Source of the DNA: an uncultured Planctomycetaceae bacterium | GTDB taxonomy: Bacteria > Planctomycetota > Planctomycetia > Planctomycetales > Planctomycetaceae | Direction of reading: 5' to 3' | Assembly (NCBI GenBank): GCA_963815195.1 | Contig: CAWFGE010000016.1 | Location: 32,001-96,000, forward strand | Length of the DNA: 64,000 nt | Shown: piece after piece, positions 55,417-64,000 of the stretch | Position numbering within the stretch: the stretch's first letter is position 1 | Layout of the letters: the number at the start of each line of letters is the position of its first letter | Program-made: the position numbers and the translations under genes | Notes under the pieces: generated by a model | What the model saw: the letters and a program-made list of their open reading frames with translations, nothing else | Databases searched by the model: none | What the model was told of the DNA's origin: nothing

Positions 55417-55573
55417 ACAGCAGGTGTTTGCGTTTGCACGAGTTGATCTGTGGGACAAGCTCCCGCAGACCGTGCGTGATGAGTGCCAACGGCTCCTCGC
55501 AGAGCAGTTGAAACAATCCTTGCCATCCCCTTCTCAACAGGAGCACGTCGATGAACGAGAAGATTCGATCTGA
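55385..55573 (+). CDS. Small hypothetical protein of element 2
   Basis: CAGGAG RBS, then MPRSK...LWDKLPQTVRDECQRLLAEQL. Overlaps the recombinase start. Confidence 0.6.
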   Translation: MPRSKALPLPKQQVFAFARVDLWDKLPQTVRDECQRLLAEQLKQSLPSPSQQEHVDEREDSI

Positions 55574-56512
55574 GCACCGAGAGCGAACCGCGTTTGTTTA
55601 TGTCCGGCAATCCAGTAATCATCAGGTCCGAGAACATCTCGAGGGACAACAACGGCAATATGCTCTGGCGGATTATGCGAGGCAGCTCAAATTCCAAAAG
55701 GTCACGGTGATTGATGATGATCTCGGCCGCTCGGGCAGTGGACTTCAGGACCGCCCGGGATTCGCGAGGTTACTCACAGCCGTTTGCCAAGGCGAAGCGG
55801 GAGCCGTGCTGGCCCTGGAGGCTTCTCGGTTGGCGCGGAACAATCGGGACTGGCACCATTTGATTGATCTGTGTGCGCTGACCGAGACGTTGATCATCGA
55901 TGACGATGGCGTCTGGCGTCTACGATCCCCGGGAACTCAACGACCGGTTGCTGTTGGGACTGAAGGGGAGTTTGGCAGAATTCGAGCTGGGGTTATTTCG
56001 ACAACGGGCTCGGGCCGCGTTTGAACAGAAAGTTCGACGGGGTCACATCCTGTGGGAGCCCGTGGTGGGTTTCGTCAAGACGGACGATCATCGGGTGGAA
56101 ATGATCGCTGATCGGCAAGTCCAAGAAGCCTTGCGCGGCGTCTTTCGCAAGTTTCGCGAGCTGGGCAGCGCGCGGCAGACGGCACTCTGGTACGCTCAAG
56201 AGCAACTGTGGCTTCCCGAGGCCGTCCGCGGCACTTCGGGCTATGAAATTCAGTGGCACATTCCCGGCCGGCATCGCATTCTGCAAATCCTGAAAAACCC
56301 GTGTTATGCGGGAGCTTTCGCTTGGGGACGAACCGTCTCGCAACTGTGGTGGAAGATGGCCGGGCGAGGACGAAGGGGCGAAAAAAGCGGCCGCGTGAGG
56401 AATGGAAGGTCTTGATTTTGGATCACCATCCCGGGTACATCACCTGGAAAGAGTATTTGCAAAATCAAGAGATTCTGGAGTCGAATCGAAACATGCCCGA
56501 AGGAACCACACC
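55551..56512 (+). pseudogene. Large serine recombinase, frameshifted and 3'-truncated
   Basis: FVYVRQS, DDDLGRSG, EASRLARNNRDW, NDRLLLGLKG, LKNPCYAG, DHHPGYITW. A 7-bp duplication (TGGCGTC x2 at 55907-55920) shifts the frame. Confidence 0.88.
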
Positions 56513-58550
56513 CCGGTCCCGGCGTCGCTGATGCTGATCGCCGTTCCACCGCTGGTTAGGGACAACTGCAGAGTGTCGGCGCCTGCGTCGCGGGTGACAA
56601 TATAATAGTCGGTGTCGGCGGCGAGACCGGCGGGCAGCGTATCGGTGGACCGCACCTGCACGATCTGATCTTCCACGAAATCGCCGCCGGCCAGATTCAA
56701 GGTGTCGCCGCTGACGGTGAATGTGGACCGCATCCGCATGCCGTACAGAATCGATATGGTGCCCGCGTCGACGTAAAGCACGTCGCCCGTGTCCGGCACG
56801 CGGCCGCCCGTGAAATTCAGCGGGTCGTTGAAATGGTTGGGGCCGGCGCTGAAGGTGCTTGCTTCCAAGGTCAGCGTCTCCGTCCCTGCCGCGCCGATCA
56901 GATCGCTGCCATCCGCCACCAACAGGGCCAGGTTCTGTCCCGAGACCAGCGCGCCGTTAAACGTGACGACCCAGGGGCCAGTGCCAGTGACGGTCACACC
57001 ATCGATCCCGACCAAGGCCTCCAAGGCGGATTCCACGGTGGCGGCGTTGGCGTTGTACGCGATGCTCCCGGTCGGTTCGCCATCAAAGGACAGCTTAAAG
57101 CTGCCGCCAGTGACGCCCACGCCGAGCGTAATGGTCTGTTGCTCATCCACGCTGGCCGCTGCCGTGGTGACGGTGGTCACCGTGCCGCCGCCCCCGGTCA
57201 GGTTCGTGCCATCGCCCGTTAATTCCGGCACATTCTCCGCGCCGGGATCCTCGAACGTGATCACCCAGGGATCGGCCGCCGTGCCCGAGCCGGTGACGGA
57301 CACATCCAGGATGTTCGACAAGCCTTCCAGAGCGGTTTCGATCGTCGCAGCACTGGCGTTCCAGGCGATGCCCGACGTGGTCTGCCCGTCGAACGTCACA
57401 TCGAAAGTACCTCCCGTTGCGAAGATCCACAGCTGCTGGACTTCGTTGGCCCCGCCACTCAATCCTTCATATTGAATGACCTGCGAACTGCCCGAGCCGT
57501 TCGTCAGTTGGGAATCGTCCACGGAAAATGTATCCAGAATGGACGCTGTGGTGCTGGAGAATTTGATCGCGAACAATCCCGCTCGGCCATAGAAGGAGCC
57601 GTACAATTGCAGGTTCTGGGCCAGGGCATTCGCCAACAGGTCCAAATCGGTCAGCCCATAGTTGTAGCTGTAGTCCGCTGTTCCACCGTTGTAACTGAAG
57701 CCGATATAGCCTCCGTTCGCATCGTGGTAATCGACAATCACCACGCGCTGGTTGCTGACCCCGCCCGTGGCAATGACTTGCGGCACTTCGTTGAACGGCG
57801 TCGCGCCTCCGCCGCCCAGCGTGCCGATGTCGTAATCCAAGGCCTGGACGGACTGACCGGCCAGATCGCCGATGAACTCGATGAAATACACCCGCCGCCC
57901 GCCCAGGCTGGCCAACTGATATCCCGCATAGACGGCCACATTCCCCGCGCCGATGGAACTGATGCTTTCCAGGGCCGATTGCACTTCGGCGGCGGTCGCG
58001 TCGTAGTCGATGTTCGTGGAACTCTCGCCGTACAGGGACAACGTGTATTGCCCCTGGCTCGCGTCCAGCACGTAGTACTGGATTGTGTTGGAATACTCCG
58101 AGCCTTCGGTGATCGTGTCGATGACGACGTCGCCGTTGCCGGTCAGGTTGGTGCCGTCCAGCGACATGAGGTTCACGTCGGTTTCGGCATAGTTGCCTTT
58201 GAAGGTCACATACCACGGTCCGCCGGACTGCCCGGTGACCAGGAAATCGCCGGGAACCGGCGTCGCCAGGTTTTCAAGCGCAGTTTGCACGTCGGCGGGC
58301 GTGGCGTTGTAGGCGATGCCGGCAGTCGTTTCGGTGCCGCTGCCGGCGTCCCAGGAGATCGTGAACGTGCCGCCCGAATAGGTGCCGACCAGCTGCAGCT
58401 TCTGGACTTCGTTCCGCCCCGCGAATCCCGCCGTGGTCTCTTCCACGGTGACGTTCCCGCCCTCGGTGTTTGTGGTGGACGATGCGACCTCAAAGGGCAC
58501 GCCCGGCTTGCGAGCCGTGAGCGTGAGGTAATCGCCGAAGTCCTCGGCCA
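56512..58550 (-). pseudogene. Internal fragment of a phage structural/tail-like repeat protein
   Basis: Four repeats of the type NEVQ..GGTF..TT.GIAYNA..A.V..ALE.L..VTG..GPW.VTF, plus TLPAGLAADTDYYIV..LQLSLTSGGTAI. No native start or stop. Confidence 0.65.
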
Positions 58551-58938
58551 TTTCCAATCCGGCCAACGGAGCACGAAGGAAATGCAAACCGGGGAACCGC
58601 CCGAACCCGCGGCCGTGGCCCCACGTGTGCCGCGTGTGGCCAAGCTTATGGCCTTGGCAATAAGGTTCGAAGGCTTGATCCGCGACGGCGTCGTGGCCGA
58701 CTACGCGGAACTGGCGCGATTGGGGCACGTCTCGCGGGCCAGAATCACGCAGATCGGTAATCTTCTGAATTTGGCTCCGGACATCGAGGAGGCGATTCTG
58801 TTTCTGGAGCCGGTGGAAGAGGGAAAAGATCCGATTACCGAACGGGATCTGCGGCCGATTGTGGCTGTTGCGGATTGGAAAAAGCAGCGGCGGATGTGGC
58901 GCGGCTTGGTGGAAAGAACCCGCTTGATGAGGAATTGA
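58549..58938 (+). pseudogene. Recombinase-associated hypothetical protein (copy 1, 5'-truncated)
   Basis: RVPRVAKLMALAIRFEGLIRDGVVADYAELARLGHVSRARITQIGNLLNLAPDIEEAILFL, a type I recall from downstream of island/prophage serine recombinases. Confidence 0.7.
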
Positions 58939-59117
58939 GAGGAACTTTGCGAAACTAATGAAATTGCTTCTGGTCTGTCTTTCGTGGCCGCGATAAAATC
59001 GCTGTCTATCCAAAGGAGACAGATCATGAATGTTGAAATCGTGTGCCAACCCAGATGACCCCTCCCTGATCTGGGACGGCGTCACCACTTCACCGGAATC
59101 CATACTGAGAGTATTCG

Positions 59118-60023
59118 ATGTTTCGGCACATTTTTCTTTTGATCGCAATCGGCGTCCTGATTCCTGCGGAAAAAGAATCGATGGCCGAGGACGCCATCGA
59201 CTTCGTCGCCGTCACCGACTATTTGCAACTTCCCGAAAACGTCGCCCTCGGTCCATGTTCCGCCGTCGATTTCGACAGCAACGGCCGGCTGTATCTATTG
59301 CATCGGGGAAAGCGACCTATTCTTTGCTTTGATCAAAACGGAAAATTCCTGCGCTCGTGGGGTGACGACTTGATCGGCAAGGCCCACGGCTTGCGGATCG
59401 ACCCTGCGGACAATGTTTGGGTCACCGACATTGGCCATCATATGGTCGTCAAGTTCAGCCCAAAGGGAAAGCTGCTACTTGCCTTGGGACAATCTGGCAA
59501 ACCCGGCACGGGCGACGATCAATTCAATCAGCCAACCGATATTGCGTTCGGCCCCAAGGGGGAAGTTTACGTCTCCGATGGATACGGCAACAGCCGCGTC
59601 ATGAAGTTTGCCCCAAACGGAAGATTTCTGGCGAAGTGGGGCCGACCGGGCAAGGGAAAGGGAGAGTTTGACTTGCCCCACTCCATCGTTGTGGATCCCA
59701 AGGGCAGAGTTCTGGTTGGCGACCGCGAGAACGATCGCATTCAGATCTTCGACTCCGAAGGCACATTCCTGGAGAGTTGGCCCGGTTTTGCCCCGTATGG
59801 GATGGAACTTGGCGCAAAGGGAGCCCTGTTTGTGGCGGACGGCCGCGCGAACAAGATCTTGCAGCTTGATTCGGCCGGAACGACGATTGGCACGTGGGGT
59901 CGAAAAGGAAACGGTCTTGGCGAGTTCAATTTGCCTCACATGCTCGCCGCCGACAGCAAAGGGAATTTGTATGTCGCCGAAGTTGGCGGACAGCGTCTTC
60001 AAAAGCTGAGGCGCAAGGAATAA
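59118..60023 (+). CDS. NHL-repeat protein (PAL-like beta-propeller)
   Basis: AHGLRIDPADNVWVTD, FNQPTDIAF, VSDGYGNSRV, FDLPHSI, GDRENDRIQ. Confidence 0.92.
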   Translation: MFRHIFLLIAIGVLIPAEKESMAEDAIDFVAVTDYLQLPENVALGPCSAVDFDSNGRLYLLHRGKRPILCFDQNGKFLRSWGDDLIGKAHGLRIDPADNVWVTDIGHHMVVKFSPKGKLLLALGQSGKPGTGDDQFNQPTDIAFGPKGEVYVSDGYGNSRVMKFAPNGRFLAKWGRPGKGKGEFDLPHSIVVDPKGRVLVGDRENDRIQIFDSEGTFLESWPGFAPYGMELGAKGALFVADGRANKILQLDSAGTTIGTWGRKGNGLGEFNLPHMLAADSKGNLYVAEVGGQRLQKLRRKE

Positions 60024-60026
60024 TCC

Positions 60027-60629
60027 ATGCGTCTGGGTTTACTTGCGGACATTCACGGACACGCAGATCTGTTGCGCGCCGCCATTCAGAAACTGCGAAA
60101 CTCCGATGTCGACCGATTCATCGTGCTGGGCGACGTCATCTATGACAGTCGCAACGCTTCCGAAACGATTGCGTTGCTCGAGGACTGCCACGCCGTCGGC
60201 GTCTGGGGCAATCACGATTTGGGACTGTGTCTTGAACCGGAGAAGTGGGCGAATTCTCAATTTCATCCATCCGTCGTGGATTTCTGCGGTAGGCTTGCCC
60301 CACGATACGAAATGGGCGATTTGCTATTTTCTCACACGTTTCCCAGTCAAGACCCGGCGGATCCGGTCGCTTATTATTTGGGACCGAATCCCGACAGTTT
60401 GGCTGCGTTCGGCGAATGCTTTGCCCTATTCCCGCATCGTGTCATCTTTATCGGCCATTTTCATCGGTGGTTGCTCGTTACGCCGGAAGGGCCAATTGAA
60501 TGGAATGGTCAGCATTCGATGGAGTTCGACCCAACTCGCCGATACTTTGTCATCGTCGATACGGTGATGAACGGTTCGGCCGCGATTTTCGACGACGCAA
60601 CCAGCGTCTTGACTCCGATCCAACTCTGA
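60027..60629 (+). CDS. Calcineurin-like metallophosphoesterase
   Basis: ADIHG, LGD, GNHD, SH, GHFH motifs. Confidence 0.9.
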   Translation: MRLGLLADIHGHADLLRAAIQKLRNSDVDRFIVLGDVIYDSRNASETIALLEDCHAVGVWGNHDLGLCLEPEKWANSQFHPSVVDFCGRLAPRYEMGDLLFSHTFPSQDPADPVAYYLGPNPDSLAAFGECFALFPHRVIFIGHFHRWLLVTPEGPIEWNGQHSMEFDPTRRYFVIVDTVMNGSAAIFDDATSVLTPIQL

Positions 60630-60694
60630 GTCCCGTTTTACAACCGAATTCTTGGCGGATTCAAGCACCACGATTCACAGAGGGAGAAACCTGC

Positions 60695-61495
60695 TTGAGC
60701 ACCAACACCAAAATCGAATGGACCGACACGACCTGGAACCCGGTCCGTGGCTGCACGAAAATCAGCACCGGCTGCGCCCACTGCTACGCCGAAACATTCG
60801 CCGAACGCTTTCGCGGCGTGCCGGGCCACCCCTACGAACAGGGATTCGATCTGCGTCTGGTCCCGGAGAAACTGACCGAGCCGTTCCTCTGGCCCAAGCC
60901 GCAAATGGTGTTCGTGAACTCGATGAGCGATTTGTTTCACCGCGACGTTCCCGACGAATACATCGTGCTGGTCGCCGAAGTCATGGCCAAGGCAAATTGG
61001 CACGTTTATCAAGTGTTGACCAAGCGGTCCGAACGCCTGCGGGATATGCTTCAGACGAAATTGGCCTTTGCTGCCGAACTGGAGCACATTTGGTGGGGCG
61101 TGAGCGTCGAGAACCAAAAACATGGCCTGCCCCGAATTGATCATCTGCGGCATGCCAATCCGAAAAGGGCGTTTCTGTCGGTTGAGCCTCTGCTTGAGGA
61201 CTTGGGCGAAGTCAATTTGACAGGAATCGATTGGGTGATCGTCGGGGGCGAAAGCGGCGCGGGTGCTCGGCCGATGAAAGCCGAATGGGTGGAGAACATT
61301 CGGCACCAATGCAAATCGGTAAATGTGCCGTTCTTTTTCAAACAATGGGGCGGCGTTCGCAAGAAGCGTGCGGGTCGGGAACTCAATGGGCGGACTTATG
61401 ATGAGCACCCGGTGATTGCTCGGGGGAAAATGCCGGAACGTGCGCGGCGGAAAGAAATGGCGGAGGATTTTGAGATAGCGTTGCCAATGTGGTAG
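60695..61495 (+). CDS. Phage Gp37/Gp68 (DUF5131) family protein
   Basis: TTG start with RBS. IEWTDTTWNPVRGCTKISTGCAHCYA, VFVNSMSDLFH, FLSVEPLL, WVIVGGESG, PFFFKQWGG. Confidence 0.93.
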   Translation: MSTNTKIEWTDTTWNPVRGCTKISTGCAHCYAETFAERFRGVPGHPYEQGFDLRLVPEKLTEPFLWPKPQMVFVNSMSDLFHRDVPDEYIVLVAEVMAKANWHVYQVLTKRSERLRDMLQTKLAFAAELEHIWWGVSVENQKHGLPRIDHLRHANPKRAFLSVEPLLEDLGEVNLTGIDWVIVGGESGAGARPMKAEWVENIRHQCKSVNVPFFFKQWGGVRKKRAGRELNGRTYDEHPVIARGKMPERARRKEMAEDFEIALPMW

Positions 61496-61554
61496 CCTCA
61501 GATCATTTGAGCTGTTCGTGGTCCTGACAAGCTCGGCGTCCGGCCAAAAAACGT

Positions 61555-62349
61555 ATGAGTGAGATCGGCATGGCTCGCATCACAATTTTTAGTTTTGGTT
61601 ACTACGGCTGGGGAAACGCTACGGATCAGCTCGTCAGGTCCGTGGATTGTGTCGAAAAAGAGCGCGGCTTTCGAACGCCGTTGTTTGTTGACACACGGAT
61701 CAACCGTTCTGTCAGGGCAAAGGGATTCAACGGGACAGCGTTTCAAGAACGTGTTGGCGAGCGTCGGTATCGCTGGATGAAATCCCTCAGCAATAAACGC
61801 ATTCAAAGCGGCACTGGCCCAAAGATTCAAATTGCGGATCCAGACGCGGCCAAAACACTACTCGATCTTGCTGTCGAACGGCATGAGAAGGATCACCGAA
61901 TCATCTTTTACTGCAGTTGCGGATACCCTAAATGCGACGGACGGATCGCTTGCCATCGGTTCTCCATCGGTACGCTCCTCATCAAAGCGGCGCAAAAACA
62001 GGGGATTGCACTCCGTGTCGTTGAGTGGCCCGGAGGGAATCCCCAAAGAGTGCACTTGAATGTCGACGCCGACGTTTTCGATTCCGTTTCTAACGGGCGA
62101 ATGACTATTCCGCTTCGAAAACGCTTTCGAATGGCCGAGCTCGCGGCGTTACCTCATTGCTCAACAGCGACGCTCCGATGTGACAGACGAAAGATCCATC
62201 GTCTTGTCTCCCCGGCACATATGGCAGGTGGTGAATGGAACCTACCTGTTTTGTGTGCATATTCAGATCCCTCCGTCGGCATGCTTGAATATCAGAGCGA
62301 AGGAAAAAGATTGCATCAGCAGTTGGGATTTAATGAGCGATGTTCGTGA
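61555..62349 (+). CDS. Hypothetical protein with DUF488-like N-terminal motifs
   Basis: IFSFGY, VDTR, YRWMKSL, IIFYCSC...CHR pattern. Confidence 0.6.
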   Translation: MSEIGMARITIFSFGYYGWGNATDQLVRSVDCVEKERGFRTPLFVDTRINRSVRAKGFNGTAFQERVGERRYRWMKSLSNKRIQSGTGPKIQIADPDAAKTLLDLAVERHEKDHRIIFYCSCGYPKCDGRIACHRFSIGTLLIKAAQKQGIALRVVEWPGGNPQRVHLNVDADVFDSVSNGRMTIPLRKRFRMAELAALPHCSTATLRCDRRKIHRLVSPAHMAGGEWNLPVLCAYSDPSVGMLEYQSEGKRLHQQLGFNERCS

Positions 62350-62411
62350 CCAGCGTGTTTCCATCGTCGCGTTACACCTCGGGGATTCCAAACCAAAATC
62401 GCGACGTGGGC

Positions 62412-62705
62412 CACCGTGTGCCGCGCGTGGTGAAGTTGATAGCCCTGACAATTCGGCTTGAAGGATTGATTCGGGACGGTGTCATCGCCGACTACGCAGA
62501 ACTGGCGCGCCTCGGGCACGTCTCGCGGGCGAGGATGACGCACGTCTCGAATCTGTTGAATTTGGCGCCCGACATCCAGGAGGCGATCCTGTTTTTGGAA
62601 CAAGTGAAGCGTGGCAAAGATCCGATCACGGAACGCGAACTGCGGCCAATTGTGGCCGTGGCGGATTGGAAGAAACTGAGGCGGCTGTGGAACGCGATTC
62701 GGTGA
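62412..62705 (+). pseudogene. Recombinase-associated hypothetical protein (copy 2, 5'-truncated)
   Basis: RVPRVVKLIALTIRLEGLIRDGVIADYAELARLGHVSRARMTHVSNLLNLAPDIQEAILFL, a paralog of 58549..58938. Confidence 0.75.
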
Positions 62706-62821
62706 AAAACTGATCTGAGTGGAGGCGGCCACCAGGACTCGCAACGGGTCTCACTAATCTGGGCAATTCGCAGCGGATGGGACACCCGTGTTGCCCACCA
62801 GCTTGCCTAGTATTTGCTGTT

Positions 62822-63070
62822 TCATTGGATTCCCATTGCCTTATTCAAACTGGTCGAGATTTGATAACCAGATGTCTTCGAGTTCTTTGTTTTGCATGCT
62901 TCACCGAACGCCGTCGCGATAGTGAACGAGACCAGCACGTCCACATCGCTATCGGGACCGAAGTCGTCTCGCAGTACCGAGCCAAAGAGTGACAACTCGC
63001 GCACCTTCCACCTTTGGCAGAACGCCTCCAGGACGTCCGGTGGGATCGTGATTTTGGGAAGGGCCGTCAT
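62822..63070 (-). pseudogene. Minimal nucleotidyltransferase (MNT) family fragment
   Basis: LEAFCQRWKVRELSLFGSVLRDDFGPDSDVDVLVSF, then the sequence diverges. No HEPN partner seen. Confidence 0.75.
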
Positions 63071-63205
63071 GCGATTTGGCATCCGCCATTGTGGAAGAAT
63101 TCACACTCCTGTTGACCACGTTCCCAAAGGTTCGCACCGGGTTGTCTACGGGGTCCATACCGAGCAATCAAGGGAAAACGGCGTTAAGTGGCACCCGTCA
63201 GTTTA

Positions 63206-64000
63206 TCACTCGGTTGCCCGAGTCATTGGCCAGACCCCTTGCAACCATATCAGAGTGGGAGCTTCGTCCTCCGGGCGGGCGGCGAGGTGAAAGGTGTGCC
63301 GTTGCCTCTCGCCCGCATCGTCGGGCTCGGCCCGCATCACATGCCCCAGCAATTCGGCCGGAACTTTGCTTTTTAGTTCTGGAAGATCGTGCTCATTCAG
63401 CCGCGAGAGGAATCCGAAGATTGAAACGTCGTTGACGCCTTGGTTGTCAGTTCGTGTGACGACAAGGTGGCCATTCCAGATGCCGTTCTCGCGTACTTCC
63501 TCGACTTGCAGCTTGACCGTTGCCGAGAGCGCAGCTCCGCGAATTGTCGTCACGTACGTCTTGCCCGGCGCCATCAGCTCCACCAGTCGTGCTTTCTGAC
63601 GTCCGGCGAGAGCATCGGATTCGGCGGTCATTTTTTCGACGGCGGCAAAGAACTCGGTGTAGGGGCGGCTCCACTCATTGGCCGACGCCTGGTAGTTTCC
63701 GGGATCGACGACGAGCAAGCCCGGCGGCGCGTACTCCGGCGAGACGATCTGCCGGCTGATCGACGACTTCGGGCGAAGTTGGGTGACTTCGTGAACCCAC
63801 TTCGAGTCGACCAGGCGGGACTGAATCTTGCCTGTCGCCGTCCACCGCGAGCCGGTGGCGTGCTCTTTCTCGAGTACCCAGGCTCGCGACGCCAGAAGCT
63901 GCTTCCACTGCTGGTCAAGCTTGGATCGTTTCGGCTCGGCAATCTTTTTCGCGGCAGTCGTCGCACTCGACACGCGTTTGGTGTCCCACTGGATGGCCTT
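63206..64000 (-). CDS. Hypothetical protein, 5' end outside the window
   Basis: The frame of ORF 63206..63973 stays open to base 64000 (KAIQWDTKRVSSATT...). Confidence 0.6.
   Translation of the reverse strand, partial: KAIQWDTKRVSSATTAAKKIAEPKRSKLDQQWKQLLASRAWVLEKEHATGSRWTATGKIQSRLVDSKWVHEVTQLRPKSSISRQIVSPEYAPPGLLVVDPGNYQASANEWSRPYTEFFAAVEKMTAESDALAGRQKARLVELMAPGKTYVTTIRGAALSATVKLQVEEVRENGIWNGHLVVTRTDNQGVNDVSIFGFLSRLNEHDLPELKSKVPAELLGHVMRAEPDDAGERQRHTFHLAARPEDEAPTLIWLQGVWPMTRATE

Larger units (their letters stand above)
55063..56512 (+). mobile_element. Large-serine-recombinase element 2, inserted just after istB Walker B; right end lost
   Basis: Same three-gene layout as element 1, beginning immediately after DDMGMKQLP. 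Confidence 0.75.

Noticed and set aside
56440..59148. Single 902-aa gene as listed in the ORF track
   Set aside because: The first ~200 codons are the antisense of the plus-strand recombinase-associated gene and intergenic DNA, and the last ~25 are antisense of the recombinase. Only 56512-58550 is genuine.
62822..63070. Intact MNT-HEPN toxin-antitoxin pair
   Set aside because: The MNT is truncated after its catalytic motif and no HEPN gene is adjacent.
1..64000. Complete tRNA, rRNA, reverse transcriptase or integron integrase genes
   Set aside because: None recognised by eye; no YADD-type RT or IntI motifs in the ORF track.

Overview
GC-rich bacterial sequence whose gene families (DUF1559 prepilin-like, DUF1549/DUF1553 cytochrome, DUF1501, TIGR02999/TIGR02984 ECF sigma factors with Ser/Thr kinases, LEPR-XLL surface protein) point to Planctomycetota. 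Bases 1 to about 32,700 are mostly chromosomal backbone (rph, map, lipid A acyltransferase, HTTM, TPR, MMPL and others). This part also holds several REP-like palindromes and one solitary integron-cassette-like SMI1/KNR4 gene. From about 32,800 to 64,000 is an accessory region: a DUF1559 cluster, two ECF-sigma/kinase modules, a giant surface protein, then nested mobile elements (IS3 remnants, a group II intron fragment, IS21, a phage-like fragment). The main finding is two compact large-serine-recombinase elements inserted into IS21 istB, one exactly in the Walker A lysine codon and one just after Walker B. For the first, in-silico excision at a shared AA dinucleotide restores GTGKTH in istB. 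It also joins an RBS and ATG at the element's right end in frame to an otherwise start-less ORF at its left end, so that gene is complete only on the excised circle. Many genes carry 1-bp frameshifts, which may be assembly errors. Family names come from motif recognition, not database searches.
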